Source of the DNA: Tubulanus polymorphus
Taxonomy: Eukaryota; Animalia; Nemertea
Direction: 5' to 3'
Length of the DNA: 64,000 bases
NCBI RefSeq assembly: GCF_964204645.1
Contig: NC_134032.1
Coordinates: 10,590,275 to 10,654,274, forward strand
Position 1 is the stretch's first letter, and every line of letters begins with the position of its first letter. The notes below the pieces were generated by a model that saw only the letters and a list, made by a program, of their open reading frames with translations, did not search any database and was not told where the DNA came from. This document shows, piece by piece, positions 20,505 through 37,180 of this stretch. The position numbers were made by a program, and so were the translations under genes.

Positions 20505-23500
20505 CAACTTGGGAGACCTCACCGATAATGAACCCGGCAATCACAGAAGGTAATATTTCGAATTATTGCAATAAGTTCTGAATGAAATATTTTGTCATTA
20601 CAGGATATCTATTTTTGATCATTGCAGCTAAATTTCAACTATGAGAAAAAACCCAGCTTGAAAACAACTACTCGCCCAAAATGGACCAACTTGAACAGCG
20701 CACAGATGGGCCAACAGAATTGAACTCATTAACGCACAAACTTTAGATGATCCACGCCGATAACGAACCAAGCAATCATAAAAGGTAACTTGATATACAT
20801 GAAATTATTACGATTACTTCTTATTGAAATATTTTGTCATTAAAGGGAATCTTCTTTTGATCATTAAAGCTAAATTTCAACTATGCGAAAAAACCCAGTT
20901 TGAGAACAACTACTCATCCAAAATCGGCCAACTTGAACAGTGCACAGATGAGGCCAACAGAATCGAACTCATTAACGCACAAACTTTAGATGATCCACGC
21001 CGATAACGAACCAAGCAATGATAAAAGGTAATTTATTATACATGAAATTATTACGATTACTTCTTATTGAAATATTTTGTCATTAAAGGGAATCTTCTTT
21101 TGATCATTAAAGCTAAATTTCAACTATGCGAAAAAACCAAGTTTGAGAACAACTACTCGACAAAAATCGACCAACTTGAACGGCGCACAGCCAACTAGGA
21201 TCGAACTCATTACCAATCAACTAATAAGATAATCGCCGATAATGAAACCAGTCATCATAAAAGGTAACTTGATATACATGGAATTATTACGATTAATTCT
21301 TATTGAAATATTTTGTCATTAAAGGATATCTTCTTTTAATCATTGCAGCTAAATTTCAACTATGAGAAAAAACCCAACTTGAGAACAACTACTCGCCCAA
21401 AATCGACCAATTTGAACAGCGCACAGATGAGGCCAACAGAATCGAACTCATTTACCAACCAACTAATAAGATAATTGCCGATAACAAACCCAACAATCAT
21501 AAAAGGTAACTTGATATACATGAAATTATTACGATTAATTCTTATTGAAATATTTTGTCATTAATGGATATCTTCTTTTAATCATTGCAGCTAAATTTCA
21601 ACTATGTGAAAAAACCCAGTTTGAGAACAACTACTCGTCAAAAATCGACCGACTTGAACGGCGCACAGCCAACTAGGATCGAACTCATTAACCAATCAAC
21701 TAATAAGATAATCGCCGATAATGAAACCAGCCATCATAAAAGGTAACTTGATATACATGAAATTATTACGATTAATTCTCATTGAAATATTTGGTCATTA
21801 CAGGATATCTTCTTTTCATCATTGCAGCTAAATTTCAACTATGCAAAGAAACCCAGCTTGAGATCAACTACTCGTCCAAAATCGGCAAACTTGAACAGCG
21901 CACAGATGAGGCCAACAGAATTGAACTCATTAACGCACAAACTTTAGATGATCCCCGCCGATAACGAACCAAGCAATCATAAAAGGTAACTTGATATACA
22001 TGAAATTATTACGATTAATTCTTATTGAGATATTTTGTCATTAAAGCATATCTTCTTTTGATCATTAAAGCCAAATGTCAACTATGCGAAAAAACCCAAC
22101 TTGAGAACAACTACTCGTCAAAAAACCAACCAACTTGAACAGCACACAGCCAACTAGGATCGAACTCATTAACCAATCAACTAATAAGATAATCGCCGAT
22201 AATGAAACCAGTAATCATAAAAGGTTACTTGACATACATGGAATTATTACGATTAATTCTTATTGAAATCTTTTGTCATTAAAGGATATCTTCTTTTAAT
22301 CATTGCAGCTAAATTTCAACTATGCGAAAAAACCCAGTTTGAGAACAACTACTCGTAAAAAATTGACCAACTTGAACGGCGCACAGCCAACTAGGATCGA
22401 ACTCATTACCAATCAACTAATAAGATAATCGCCGATAATGAAACCAGCCATCATAAAAGGTAACTTGATATACATGGAATTATTATGATTAATTCTTATT
22501 GAAATATTTTGTCATTAAAGGATATCTTCTTTTAATCATTGCAGCTAAATTTCAACTATGCAAAGAAACCCAGCTTGAGATCAACTACTCGTCCAAAATC
22601 GGCCAACTTGAACAGCGCACAGATGAGGCCAACAGAATTGAACTCATTAACGCACAAACTTTAGATGATCCCCGCCGATAACGAACCAAGCAATCATAAA
22701 AGGTAACTTGATATACATGAAATTATTAAGATTAATTCTTATTGAGATATTTTGTCATCCAAGCATATCTTCTTTTGATCATTAAAGCCAAATGTCAACT
22801 ATGCGAAAAAACCCAGTTTGAGAACAACTACTCGTCAAAAAACCGACCAACTTGAACGGCACACAGCCAACTAGGATCGAACTCATTAACCAATCAACTA
22901 ATAAGATAATCGCCGATAATGAAACCAGCAATCATAAAAGGTAACATGATATACATGGAATTATTACGATTAATTCTTATTGAAATATTTTGTCATTAAA
23001 GGATATCTTCTTTTGATCATTGCAGCTAAATTTCAACAATGAGAAAAAACCCAGTTTGAGAACAACTACTCGTCCAAAATCGACCAACTTGAACAGCGTA
23101 CAGATGAGGCCAACAGAATTGAACTCATTAACCCACCAACTTTAGATGATCCACACCGATAACGAACCAAGCAATCATGATAGGTTACTTGATATACATG
23201 AAATAATTACGATTAATTCTTATTGAAATATTTTGTCATTACAGGATATCTTCTTTTGATCATTGCAGCTAAATTTCAACTATGAGAAAAAACCCAGTTT
23301 GAGAACAACTACTCGTTAAAAATCGACCAACTTGAACGGCGCACAACCAACTAGGATCGAACTCATTACCAATCAACTAATAAGATAATCGCCGATAACG
23401 AAACCAGCAATCATAAAAGGTAACTTGATATACATGAAATTATTACCATTAATTCTTATTGAAATATTTGGTCATTACAGGATATCCTCTTTTAATCATT

Positions 23501-26500
23501 GCAGCTAAATTTCAACTATAAGAAGAAATCCAGCTTGAGATCAGCTTCTCGTCCGAAAAACGAACAACTGGTACAGCAAACAGATGAGGCCAACAGAATC
23601 GAACTCATTTACCAATCAACTAATAAGATAATCGCCGATAATGAAACCAGCAATCATAAAAGGTAACATGATATACATGGAATTATTACGATTAATTCTT
23701 ATTGAAATATTTTGTCATTAAAGGATATCTTCTTTTAATCATTGCAGCTAAATTTCAACTATGCGAAAAAACCCAGTTTGAGAACAACTACTCGTCAAAA
23801 ATCGACCAACTTGAACAGCGCACAGATCAACCACTCGTCTAAAATCGACCAACTTGAACAGCGTACAGATGAGGCCAACAGAATTGAACTCATTAACCCA
23901 CCAACTTTAGATGATCCACACCGATAACGAACCAAGCAATCATAATAGGTTACTTGATATACATGAAATAATTACGATTAATTCGTATTGAAATATTTTG
24001 TCATTACAGGATATCTTCTTTTGATCATTGCAGCTAAATTTCAACTATGAGAAAAAACCCAGTTTGAGATCAACTACTCGTCAAAAATCGACCAACTTGA
24101 ACGGCGCACAGCCAACTAGGATCGAACTCACTAACCAAGCAACTAAAAAGATAATCGCCGATAACGAACCCAGCAATCATAAAAGGTATCTTGATATACA
24201 TAAAATCATTATGATTAATTCGTATTGAAATATTTTGTCATTACAGGATATCTTCTTTTGATCATTGCAGCTAAATTTCAACTATGAGAAAAAACCCAGT
24301 TTGAGAACAACTACTCGTAAAAAATTGACCAACTTGAACGGCGCACAGCCAACTAGGATCGAACTCATTACCAATCAACTAATAAGATAATCGCCGCTAA
24401 TGAAACCAGTCATCATAAAAGGTAACTTGATATACATGGAATTATTATGATTTATTCTTATTGAAATATTTTGTCATTAAAGGATATCTTCTTTTAATCA
24501 TTGCAGCTAAATTTCAACTATGAGAAAAAACCCAACTTGGGAACAACTACTCCCCCAAAATTGAACAATTTGAACAGTGCACAGATGAGGCCAACAGAAT
24601 CGAACTCATTTACCAAACAACTAATAAGATAATTGCCGATAACGAACCCAACAATCATAAAAGGTAACTTGATATACATGAAATTATTAAGATTAATTCT
24701 TATTGAAATATTTTGTCATTAAAGGATATCTTCTTTTAATCATTGCAGCTAAATTTCAACTATGCGAAAAAACCCAGTTTGAGAACAACTACTCGTAAAA
24801 AATTGACCAACTTGAACGGCGCACAGCCAACTAGGATCGAACTCATTACCAATCAACTAATAAGATAATCGCCGATAATGAAACCAGCCATCATAAAAGG
24901 TAACTTGATATACATGGAATTATTATGATTAATTCTTATTGAAATATTTTGTCATTAAAGGATATCTTCTTTTAATCATTGCAGCTAAATTTCAACTATG
25001 CAAAGAAACCCAGCTTGAGATCAACTACTCGTCCAAAATCGGCCAACTTGAACAGCGCACAGATGAGGCCAACAGAATTGAACTCATTAACGCACAAACT
25101 TTAGATGATCCCCGCCGATAATGAACCAAGCAATCATAAAAGGTAACTTGATATACATGAAATTATTAAGATTAATTCTTATTGAGATATTTTGTCATTC
25201 AAGCATATCTTCTTTTGATCATTAAAGCCAAATGTCAACTATGCGAAAAAACCCAGTTTGAGAACAACTACTCGTCAAAAAACCGACCAACTTGAACGGC
25301 ACACAGCCAACTAGGATCGAACTCATTAACCAATCAACTAATAAAATAATCGCCGATAATGAAACCAGCAATCATAAAAGGTAACATGATATACATGGAA
25401 TTATTACGATTAATTCTTATTGAAATATTTTGTCATTAAAGGATATCTTCTTTTGATCATTGCAGCTAAATTTCAACAATGAGAAAAAACCCAGTTTGAG
25501 AACAACTACTCGTCCAAAATCGACCAACTTGAACAGCGTACAGATGAGGCCAACAGAATTGAACTCATTAACCCACCAACTTTAGATGATCCACACCGAT
25601 AACGAACCAAGCAATCATGATAGGTTACTTGATATACATGAAATAATTACGATTAATTCTTATTGAAATATTTTGTCATTACAGGATATCTTCTTTTGAT
25701 CATTGCAGCTAAATTTCAACTATGAGAAAAAACCCAGTTTGAGAACAACTACTCGTTAAAAATCGACCAACTTGAACGGCGCACAACCAACTAGGATCGA
25801 ACTCATTACCAATCAACTAATAAGATAATCGCCGATAACGAAACCAGCAATCATAAAAGGTAACTTGATATACATGAAATTATTACCATTAATTCTTATT
25901 GAAATATTTGGTCATTACAGGATATCCTCTTTCAATCATTGCAGCTAAATTTCAACTATAAGAAGAAATCCAGCTTGAGATCAGCTTCTCGTCCGAAAAA
26001 CGAACAACTGGTACAGCAAACAGATGAGGCCAACAGAATCGAACTCATTTACCAATCAACTAATAAGATAATCGCCGATAATGAAACCAGCAATCATAAA
26101 AGGTAACATGATATACATGGAATTATTACGATTAATTCTTATTGAAATATTTTGTCATTAAAGGATATCTTCTTTTAATCATTGCAGCTAAATTTCAACT
26201 ATGCGAAAAAACCCAGTTTGAGAACAACTACTCGTCAAAAATCGACCAACTTGAACAGCGCACAGATCAACCACTCGTCTAAAATCGACCAACTTGAACA
26301 GCGTACAGATGAGGCCAACAGAATTGAACTCATTAACCCACCAACTTTAGATGATCCACACCGATAACGAACCAAGCAATCATAATAGGTTACTTGATAT
26401 ACATGAAATAATTACGATTAATTCGTATTGAAATATTTTGTCATTACAGGATATCTTCTTTTGATCATTGCAGCTAAATTTCAACTATGAGAAAAAACCC

Positions 26501-29500
26501 AGTTTGAGAACAACTACTCGTCAAAAATCGACCAACTTGAACGGCGCACAGCCAACTAGGATCGAACTCACTAACCAAGCAACTAAAAAGATAATCGCTG
26601 ATAACGAACCCAGCAATCATAAAAGGTATCTTGATATACATAAAATCATTATGATTAATTCGTATTGAAATATTTTGTCATTACAGGATATCTTCTTTTG
26701 ATCATTGCAGCTAAATTTCAACTATGAGAAAAAACCCAGTTTGAGAACAACTACTCGTAAAAAATTGACCAACTTGAACGGCGCACAGCCAACTAGGATC
26801 GAACTCATTACCAATCAACTAATAAGATAATCGCCGCTAATGAAACCAGCCATCATAAAAGGTAACTTGATATACATGGAATTATTATGATTTATTCTTA
26901 TTGAAATATTTTGTCATTAAAGGATATCTTCTTTTAATCATTGCAGCTAAATTTCAACTATGAGAAAAAACCCAACTTGGGAACAACTACTCGCCCAAAA
27001 TTGAACAATTTGAACAGTGCACAGATGAGGCCAACAGAATCGAACTCATTTACCAAACAACTAATAAGATAATTGCCGATAACGAACCCAACAATCATAA
27101 AAGGTAACTTGATATACATGGAATTATTATGATTAATTCTTATTGAAATATTTTGTCATTAAAGGATATCTTCTTTTAATCATTGCAGCTAAATTTCAAC
27201 TATGCAAAGAAACCCAGCTTGAGATCAACTACTCGTCCAAAATCGGCCAACTTGAACAGCGCACAGATGAGGCCAACAGAATTGAACTCATTAACGCACA
27301 AACTTTAGATGATCCCCGCCGATAACGAACCAAGCAATCATAAAAGGTAACTTGATATACATGAAATTATTAAGATTAATTCTTATTGAGATATTTTGTC
27401 ATTCAAGCATATCTTCTTTTGATCATTAAAGCCAAATGTCAACTATGCGAAAAAACCCAGTTTGAGAACAACTACTCGTCAAAAAACCGACCAACTTGAA
27501 CGGCACACAGCCAACTAGGATCGAACTCATTAACCAATCAACTAATAAGATAATCGCCGATAATGAAACCAGCAATCATAAAAGGTAACATGATATACAT
27601 GGAATTATTACGATTAATTCTTATTGAAATATTTTGTCATTAAAGGATATCTTCTTTTGATCATTGCAGCTAAATTTCAACAATGAGAAAAAACCCAGTT
27701 TGAGAACAACTACTCGTCCAAAATCGACCAACTTGAACAGTGTACAGATGAGGCCAACAGAATTGAACTCATTAACCCACCAACTTTAGATGATCCACAC
27801 CGATAACGAACCAAGCAATCATGATAGGTTACTTGATATACATGAAATAATTACGATTAATTCTTATTGAAATATTTTGTCATTACAGGATATCTTCTTT
27901 TGATCATTGCAGCTAAATTTCAACTATGAGAAAAAACCCAGTTTGAGAACAACTACTCGTTAAAAATCGACCAACTTGAACGGCGCACAACCAACTAGGA
28001 TCGAACTCATTACCAATCAACTAATAAGATAATCGCCGATAACGAAACCAGCAATCATAAAAGGTAACTTGATATACATGAAATTATTACCATTAATTCT
28101 TATTGAAATATTTGGTCATTACAGGATATCCTCTTTTAATCATTGCAGCTAAATTTCAACTATAGGAAGAAATCCAGCTTGAGATCAGCTTCTCGTCCGA
28201 AAAACGAACAACTGGTACAGCAAACAGATGAGGCCAACAGAATCGAACTCATTTACCAATCAACTAATAAGATAATCGCCGATAATGAAACCAGCAATCA
28301 TAAAAGGTAACATGATATACATGGAATTATTACGATTAATTCTTATTGAAATATTTTGTCATTAAAGGATATCTTCTTTTGATCATTGCAGCTAAATTTC
28401 AACTATGAGATAAAACCCAGTTTGAGAACAACTACTTGTCAAAAATCGACCAACTTGAACGGCGCACAGCCAACTAGGATCGAACTCACTAACCAAGCAA
28501 CTAAAAAGATAATCGCCGATAACGAACCCAGCAATCATAAAAGGTATCTTGATATACATAAAATCATTATGATTAATTCGTATTGAAATATTTTGTCATT
28601 ACAGGATATCTTCTTTTGATCATTGCAGCTAAATTTCAACTATGAGAAAAAACCCAGTTTGAGAACAACTACTCGTAAAAAATTGACCAACTTGAACGGC
28701 GCACAGCCAACTAGGATCGAACTCATTACCAATCAACTAATAAGATAATCGCCGCTAATGAAACCAGCCATCATAAAAGGTAACTTGATATACATGGAAT
28801 TATTATGATTTATTCTTATTGAAATATTTTGTCATTAAAGGATATCTTCTTTTAATCATTGCAGCTAAATTTCAACTATGAGAAAAAACCCAACTTGGGA
28901 ACAACTACTCGCCCAAAATTGAACAATTTGAACAGTGCACAGATGAGGCCAACAGAATCGAACTCATTTACCAAACAACTAATAAGATAATTGCCGATAA
29001 CGAACCCAACAATCATAAAAGGTAACTTGATATACATGAAATTATTAAGATTAATTCTTATTGAAATATTTTGTCATTAAAGGATATCTTCTTTTAATCA
29101 TTGCAGCTAAATTTCAACTATGCGAAAAAACCCAGTTTGAGAACAACTACTCGTCAAAAATCGACCAACTTGAACAGCGCACAGATCAACCACTCGTCTA
29201 AAATCGACCAACTTGAACAGCGTACAGATGAGGCCAACAGAATTGAACTCATTAACCCACCAACTTTAGATGATCCACACCGATAACGAATCAAGCAATC
29301 ATAATAGGTTACTTGATATACATGAAATAATTACGATTAATTCGTATTGAAATATTTTGTCATTACAGGATATCTTCTTTTGATCATTGCAGCTAAATTT
29401 CAACTATGAGAAAAAACCCAGTTTGAGAACAACTACTCGTCAAAAATCGACCAACTTGAACGGCGCACAGCCAACTAGGATCGAACTCACTAACCAAGCA

Positions 29501-32500
29501 ACTAAAAAGATAATCGCCGATAACGAACCCAGCAATCATAAAAGGTATCTTGATATACATGAAATCATTATGATTAATTCTTATTGAAATATTTTGTCAT
29601 TAAAGGATATCTTCGTTTAATCATTGCAGCTTAATTTGAACTATGCGAAAAAACCCAGTTTGAGAACAACTACTCGTCAAAAATCGACCAACTTGAACGG
29701 CGCACAGCCAACTAGGATCGTACTCATTAACCAATCAACTAATAAGATAATCGCCGATAATGAAACCAGCAATCATAAAAGGTAACTTGACATACATGGA
29801 ATTATTACGATTAATTCTTATTGAAATATTTTGTCATTAAAGGATATCTTCTTTTAATCATTGCAGCTAAATTTCACCTATGCGAAAAAACCCAGTTTGA
29901 GAACAACTACTCGTCAAAAATCGACCAACTTGAACAGCGCACAGATCAACTACTCGTCCAAAATCGACCAACTTGAACAGCGTACAGATGAGGCCAACAG
30001 AATTGAACTCATTAACCCACCAACTTTAGATGATCCACACCGATAACGAACCAAGCAATCATAATAGGTTACTTGATATACATGAAATAATTACGATTAA
30101 TTCTTATTGAAATATTTTGTCATTACAGGATATCTTCTTTTGATCATTGCAGCTAAATTTCAACTATGAGAAAAAACCCAGTTTGAGAACAACTACTCGT
30201 AAAAAATTGACCAACTTGAACGGCGCACAGCCAACTAGGATCGAACTCACTAACCAAGCAACTAAAAAGATAATCGCCGATAACGAACCCAGCAATCATA
30301 AAAGGTATCTTGATATACATGAAATCATTATGATTAATTCTTATTGAAATATTTTGTCATTAAAAGGATATCTTCTTTTAATCATTGCAGCTAAATTTGA
30401 ACTATGCGAATAAACCCAGTTTGAGAACAACTACTCGTCAAAAATCGAACAATTTGAACAGTGCACAGATCAGGCCAACAGAATCGAACTCATTTACCAA
30501 CCAACTAATAAGATAATTGCCGATAACGAACCCAACAATCATAAAAGGTAACTTGATATACATGAAATTATTATGATTAATTCTTATTGAAATATTTTGT
30601 CATTAATGGATATCTTCTTTTAATCATTGCAGCTAAATTTGAACTATGCGAAAAAACCCAGTTTGAGAACAACTACTCGTAAAAAATTGACCAACTTGAA
30701 CGGCGCACAGCCAACTAGGATCGAACTCATTACCAATCAACTAATAAGATAATCGCCGATAATGAAACCAGCCATCATAAAAGGTAACTTGATATACATG
30801 GAATTATTATGATTAATTCTTATTGAAATATTTTTTCATTAAAGGATATCTTCTTTTAATCATTGCAGCTAAATTTCAACTATGAGAAAAAACCCAACTT
30901 GAGAACAACTACTCGCCCAAAATCGAACAATTTGAACAGTGCACAGATGAGGCCAACAGAATCGAACTCATTTACCAAACAACTAATAAGATAATTGCCG
31001 ATAACGAACCCAACAATCATAAAAGGTAACTTGATATACATGAAATTATTAAGATTAATTCTTATTGAAATATTTTGTCATTAAAGGATATCTTCTTTTA
31101 ATCATTGCAGCTAAATTTCAACAATGAGAAAAAACCCAGTTTGAGAACAACTACTCGTCCAAAATCGACCAACTTGAACAGCGTACAGATGAGGCCAACA
31201 GAATTGAACTCATTAACCCACCAACTTTAGATGATCCACACTGATAACGAACCAAGCAATCATAATAGGTTACTTGATATACATGAAATAATTACGATTA
31301 ATTCTTATTGAAATATTTTGTCATTACAGGATATCTTCTTTTGATCATTGCAGCTAAATTTCAACTATGAGAAAAAACCCAGTTTGAGAACAACTACTAG
31401 TAAAAAATTGACCAACTTGAATGGCGCACAGCCAACTAGGATCGAACTCACTAACCTAGCAACTAAAAAGATAATCGCCGATAACGACCCAGCAATCATA
31501 AAAGGTATCTTGATATACATGAAATCATTATGATTAATTCTTATTGAAATATTTTGTCATTAAAGGATATCTTCTTTTAATCATTGCAGCTAAATTTGAA
31601 CTATGCGAAAAAACCCAGTTTGAGAACAACTACTCGTCAAAAATCGAACAATTTGAACAGTGCACAGATCAGGCCAACAGAATCGAACTCATTTACCAAC
31701 CAACTAATAAGATAATTGCCGATAACGAACCCAACAATCATAAAAGGTAACTTGATATACATGAAATTATTACGATTAATTCTTATTGAAATATTTTGTC
31801 ATTAATGGATATCTTCTTTTAATCATTGCAGCTAAATTTGAACTATGCGAAAAAACCCAGTTTGAGAACAACTACTCGTAAAAAATTGACCAACTTGAAC
31901 GGCGCACAGCCAACTAGGATCGAACTCATTACCAATCAACTAATAAGATAATCGCCGATAATGAAACCAGCCATCATAAAAGGTAACTTGATATACATGG
32001 AATTATTATGATTAATTCTTATTGAAATATTTTGTCATTAAAGGATATCTTCTTTTAATCATTGCAGCTAAATTTCAACTATGAGAAAAAACCCAACTTG
32101 AGAACAACTACTCGCCCAAAATCGAACAATTTGAACAGTGCACAGATGAGGCCAACAGAATCGAACTCATTTACCAAACAACTAATAAGATAATTGCCGA
32201 TAACGAACCCAACAATCATAAAAGGTAACTTGATATACATGAAATTATTAAGATTAATTCTTATTGAAATATTTTGTCATTAAAGGATATCTTCTTTTAA
32301 TCATTGCAGCTAAATTTCAACTATGCGAAAAAACCCAGTTTGAGAACAACTACTCGTCAAAAATCGACCAACTTGAACAGCGCACAGATCAACCACTCGT
32401 CTAAAATCGACCAACTTGAACAGCATACAGATGAGGCCAACAGAATTGAACTCATTAACCCACCAACTTTAGATGATCCACACCGATAACGAATCAAGCA

Positions 32501-35500
32501 ATCATAATAGGTTACTTGATATACATGAAATAATTACGATTAATTCGTATTGAAATATTTTGTCATTACAGGATATCTTCTTTTGATCATTGCAGCTAAA
32601 TTTCAACTATGAGAAAAAACCCAGTTTGAGAACAACTACTCGTAAAAAATTGACCAACTTGAACGGCGCACAGCCAACTAGGATCGAACTCATTACCAAT
32701 CAACTAATAAGATAATCGCCGCTAATGAAACCAGCCATCATAAAAGGTAACTTGATATACATGGAATTATTATGATTTATTCTTATTGAAATATTTTGTC
32801 ATTAAAGGATATCTTCTTTTAATCATTGCAGCTAAATTTCAACTATGAGAAAAAACCCAACTTGGGAACAACTACTCGCCCAAAATCGAACAATTTGAAC
32901 AGTGCACAGATGAGGCCAACAGAATCGAACTCATTTACCAAACAACTAATAAGATAATTGCCGATAACGAACCCAACAATCATAAAAGGTAACTTGATAT
33001 ACATGAAATTATTACGATTAATTCTTATTGAAATATTTTGTCATGAAAGGATATGTTCTTTTAATCATTGCAGCTAAATTTCAACTATGCGAAAAAACCC
33101 AGTTTGAGAACAACTACTCGTCAAAAATCGACCAACTTGAACAGCGCACAGATCAACCACTCGTCTAAAATCGACCAACTTGAACAGCGTACAGATGAGG
33201 CCAACAGAATTGAACTCATTAACCCACCAACTTTAGATGATCCACACCGATAACGAACCAAGCAATCATAATAGGTTACTTGATATACATGAAATAATTA
33301 CGATTAATTCGTATTGAAATATTTTGTCATTACAGGATATCTTCTTTTGATCATTGCAGCTAAATTTCAACTATGAGAAAAAACCCAGTTTGAGAACAAC
33401 TACTCGTCAAAAATCGACCAACTTGAACGGCGCACAGCCAACTAGGATCGAACTCACTAACCAAGCAACTAAAAAGATAATCGCCGATAACGAACCCAGC
33501 AATCATAAAAGGTATCTTGATATACATGAAATCATTATGATTAATTCTTATTGAAATATTTTGTCATTAAAGGATATCTTCGTTTAATCATTGCAGCTTA
33601 ATTTGAACTATGCGAAAAAACCCAGTTTGAGAACAACTACTCGTCAAAAATCGACCAACTTGAACGGCGCACAGCCAACTAGGATCGTACTCATTAACCA
33701 ATCAACTAATAAGATAATCGCCGATAATGAAACCAGCAATCATAAAAGGTAACTTGACATACATGGAATTATTACGATTAATTCTTATTGAAATATTTTG
33801 TCATTAAAGGATATCTTCTTTTAATCATTGCAGCTAAATTTCAACTATGCGAAAAAACCCAGTTTGAGAACAACTACTCGTCAAAAATCGACCAACTTAA
33901 ACAGCGCACAGATCAACTACTCGTCCAAAATCGACCAACTTGAACAGCGTACAGATGAGGCCAACAGAATTGAACTCATTAACCCACCAACTTTAGATGA
34001 TCCACACCGATAACGAACCAAGCAATCATAATAGGTTACTTGATATACATGAAATAATTACGATTAATTCTTATTGAAATATTTTGTCATTACAGGATAT
34101 CTTCTTTTGATCATTGCAGCTAAATTTCAACTATGAGAAAAAACCCAGTTTGAGAACAACTACTCGTAAAAAATTGACCAACTTGAACGGCGCACAGCCA
34201 ACTAGGATCGAACTCACTAACCAAGCAACTAAAAAGATAATCGCCGATAACGAACCCAGCAATCATAAAAGGTATCTTGATATACATGAAATCATTATGA
34301 TTAATTCTTATTGAAATATTTTGTCATTGAAGGATATCTTCTTTTAATCATTGCAGCTAAATTTGAACTATGCGAAAAAACCCAGTTTGAGAACAACTAC
34401 TCGTCAAAAATCGAACAATTTGAACAGTGCACAGATCAGACCAACAGAATCGAACTCATTTACCAACCAACTAATAAGATAATTGCCGATAACGAACCCA
34501 ACAATCATAAAAGGTAACTTGATATACATGAAATTATTACGATTAATTCTTATTGAAATATTTTGTCATTAATGGATATCTTCTTTTAATCATTGCAGCT
34601 AAATTTGAACTATGCGAAAAAACCCAGTTTGAGAACAACTACTCGTAAAAAATTGACCAACTTGAACGGCGCACAGCCAACTAGGATCGAACTCATTACC
34701 AATCAACTAATAAGATAATCGCCGATAATGAAACCAGCCATCATAAAAGGTAACTTGATATACATGGAATTATTATGATTAATTCTTATTGAAATATTTT
34801 GTCATTAAAGGATATCTTCTTTTAATCATTGCAGCTAAATTTCAACTATGAGAAAAAACCCAACCTGAGAACAACTACTCGTCAAAAATTGACCAACTTG
34901 AACGGCGCACAGCCAACTAGGATCGAACTCATTACCAATCAACTAATAAGATAATCGCCGATAATGAAACCAGCCATCATAAAAGGTAACTTGATATACA
35001 TGGAATTATTATGATTAATTCTTATTGAAATATTTTGTCATTAAAGGATATCTTCTTTTTATCATTGCAGCTAAATTTCAACTATGCGAAAAAACCCAGT
35101 TTGAGAACAACTACTCGCCCAAAATCGACCAACTTGAACAGCGCACAGATGGGGCCAACAGAATCGAACTCATTAACGCATTAACTTTAGATGATCCACG
35201 CTGATAACGAACCAAGCAATCATAAAAGGTAACTTGATATACATGGAATTATTTCGATTAACTCTTATTGAAATATTTTGTCATTACAGGATATCTTCTT
35301 TTAATCGTTGCAGCTAAATTTCTACTATGAGAAAAAACCAAGTTTGAGAACAACAACTCGTCCAAAATCGACCAACTTGAACGGCGCACAGCCAACAAGG
35401 ATCGAACTTATTAACCAATCAACTAATAAGATAATCGCCGATAACAAACCCAGCAATCATAAAAGGTAACTTGATATACATGAAATTATTACCATTAATT

Positions 35501-36570
35501 CTTATTGAAATATTAGGTCATTACAGGATATCTTCTCTTAATCATTGCAGCTTAATTTCAACTATGAGAAAAAAACCCAGCTGGAGAACAACTACTCGCC
35601 CAAAATCACCCAACTTGAACCGCGCACAGATGAGGCCAACAGAATCGAACTCATTTACCAACCAACTAATAAGATAATTGCCAATAACGAACCCAACAAT
35701 CAAAAAGGTAACTTGATATACATGAAATTATTACGATTAATTCTTATTGAAATATTTTGTCATTACAGAATATCTTCTTTTAATCATTGCAGCTAAATTG
35801 CAACTATGCGAAAAAGCCCAGTTTGAGAACAACTACTCGTTAAAAATCGACCAACTTGAACGGCGCACAACCAACTAGGATCGAACTCATTACCAATCAA
35901 CTAATAAGATAATCGCCGATAACGAAACCAGCAATCATAAAAGGTAACTTGATATACATGAAATTATTACCATTAATTCTTATTGAAATATTTGGTCATT
36001 ACAGGATATCCTCTTTTAATCATTGCAGCTAAATTTCAACTATAAGAAGAAATCCAGCTTGAGATCAGCTTCTCGTCCGAAAAACGAACAACTGGTACAG
36101 CAAACAGATGAGGCCAACAGAATCGAACTCATTTACCAATCAACTAATAAGATAATCGCCGATAATGAAACCAGCAATCATAAAAGGTAACATGATATAC
36201 ATGGAATTATTACGATTAATTCTTATTGAAATATTTTGTCATTAAAGGATATCTTCTTTTGATCATTGCAGCTAAATTTCAACAATGAGAAAAAACCCAG
36301 TTTGAGAACAACTACTCGTCCAAAATCGACCAACTTGAACAGTGTACAGATGAGCCTAATAGAATCGAACTCATTAACCCACCAACTTTAGATGATCCAC
36401 ACCAATAACGAACCAAGCAATCATAAAAGGTTACTTGATATACATGAAATTATTACGATTAATTCTTATTGAAATATTTTGTCATTACAGGATATCTTCT
36501 TTTAATCGTTGCAGCTAAATATCAACTATGAGAAAAAACCCAGCTTGAGATCAACTACTCATCAGAAAAT
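20505..36570 (+). repeat. ~16-kb satellite array, ~236-243-bp monomers (some ~286 bp), with higher-order repeats
   Basis: TTGAAATATTTTGTCATT...TTGCAGCTAAATTTCAACTATG recurs every ~240 bp (roughly 65 units); variant series recur at 2440-bp and 3967-bp offsets. Confidence 0.97.
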
Positions 36571-37180
36571 CTACAAGTAGATGAATACTGATTGACCCAT
36601 TTGCTGATGAAAACTGCAGAAGCCCAGATTAGAAGTTGAGGAGCCAGCAACAGATTAATCACTCAACGATTCTTCTACAAATGGTGGTTGATTTCTATAA
36701 AATATTTTATCAGGAGCAGCAGAGACTATAGTGAAACTTATAAACACTGATTTGAGCGACAAAACTAATGGATTATCTCATAAACACTGATTCAGGATAA
36801 GCACTGTTTTAAAAGCAGCAAAGACAACAGTGTATCTTATTAGGAGCAGCATAAACAATAGCGCATCTTATAAACACTGAGATCCAGGAGCGGCAAAAAC
36901 AATAGCGGATTTCTGCCGTAAAGAATTGATTTTTTTACTTATCACCCTTTTTCAAACCAGTCTGATATAGTGTTTTAAAGGAAATTATTTTATAATGTTT
37001 AATGCAATGTTAGAGTCTAATCAAAGCTAAGCTCCATTAATTCACGATGTTGGTATTCGATCCTTGGATGATAGAGAAGTCAAGTTAGGTTAGTCACTAG
37101 GGGTAAATGGTCGCGTCGAGCGCCTTGTTTTGGCTGCAGGTCTGTTGAGTTAACTCCTAAACTGAGATATAGTTTCAACA

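Noticed and set aside
20505-36570. CRISPR-like array or repeated small-protein genes (the many 60-68 aa ORFs)
   Set aside because: No unique spacers or cas genes in a eukaryotic context; the ORFs start at TTG, switch frames between monomers and are by-products of the satellite.
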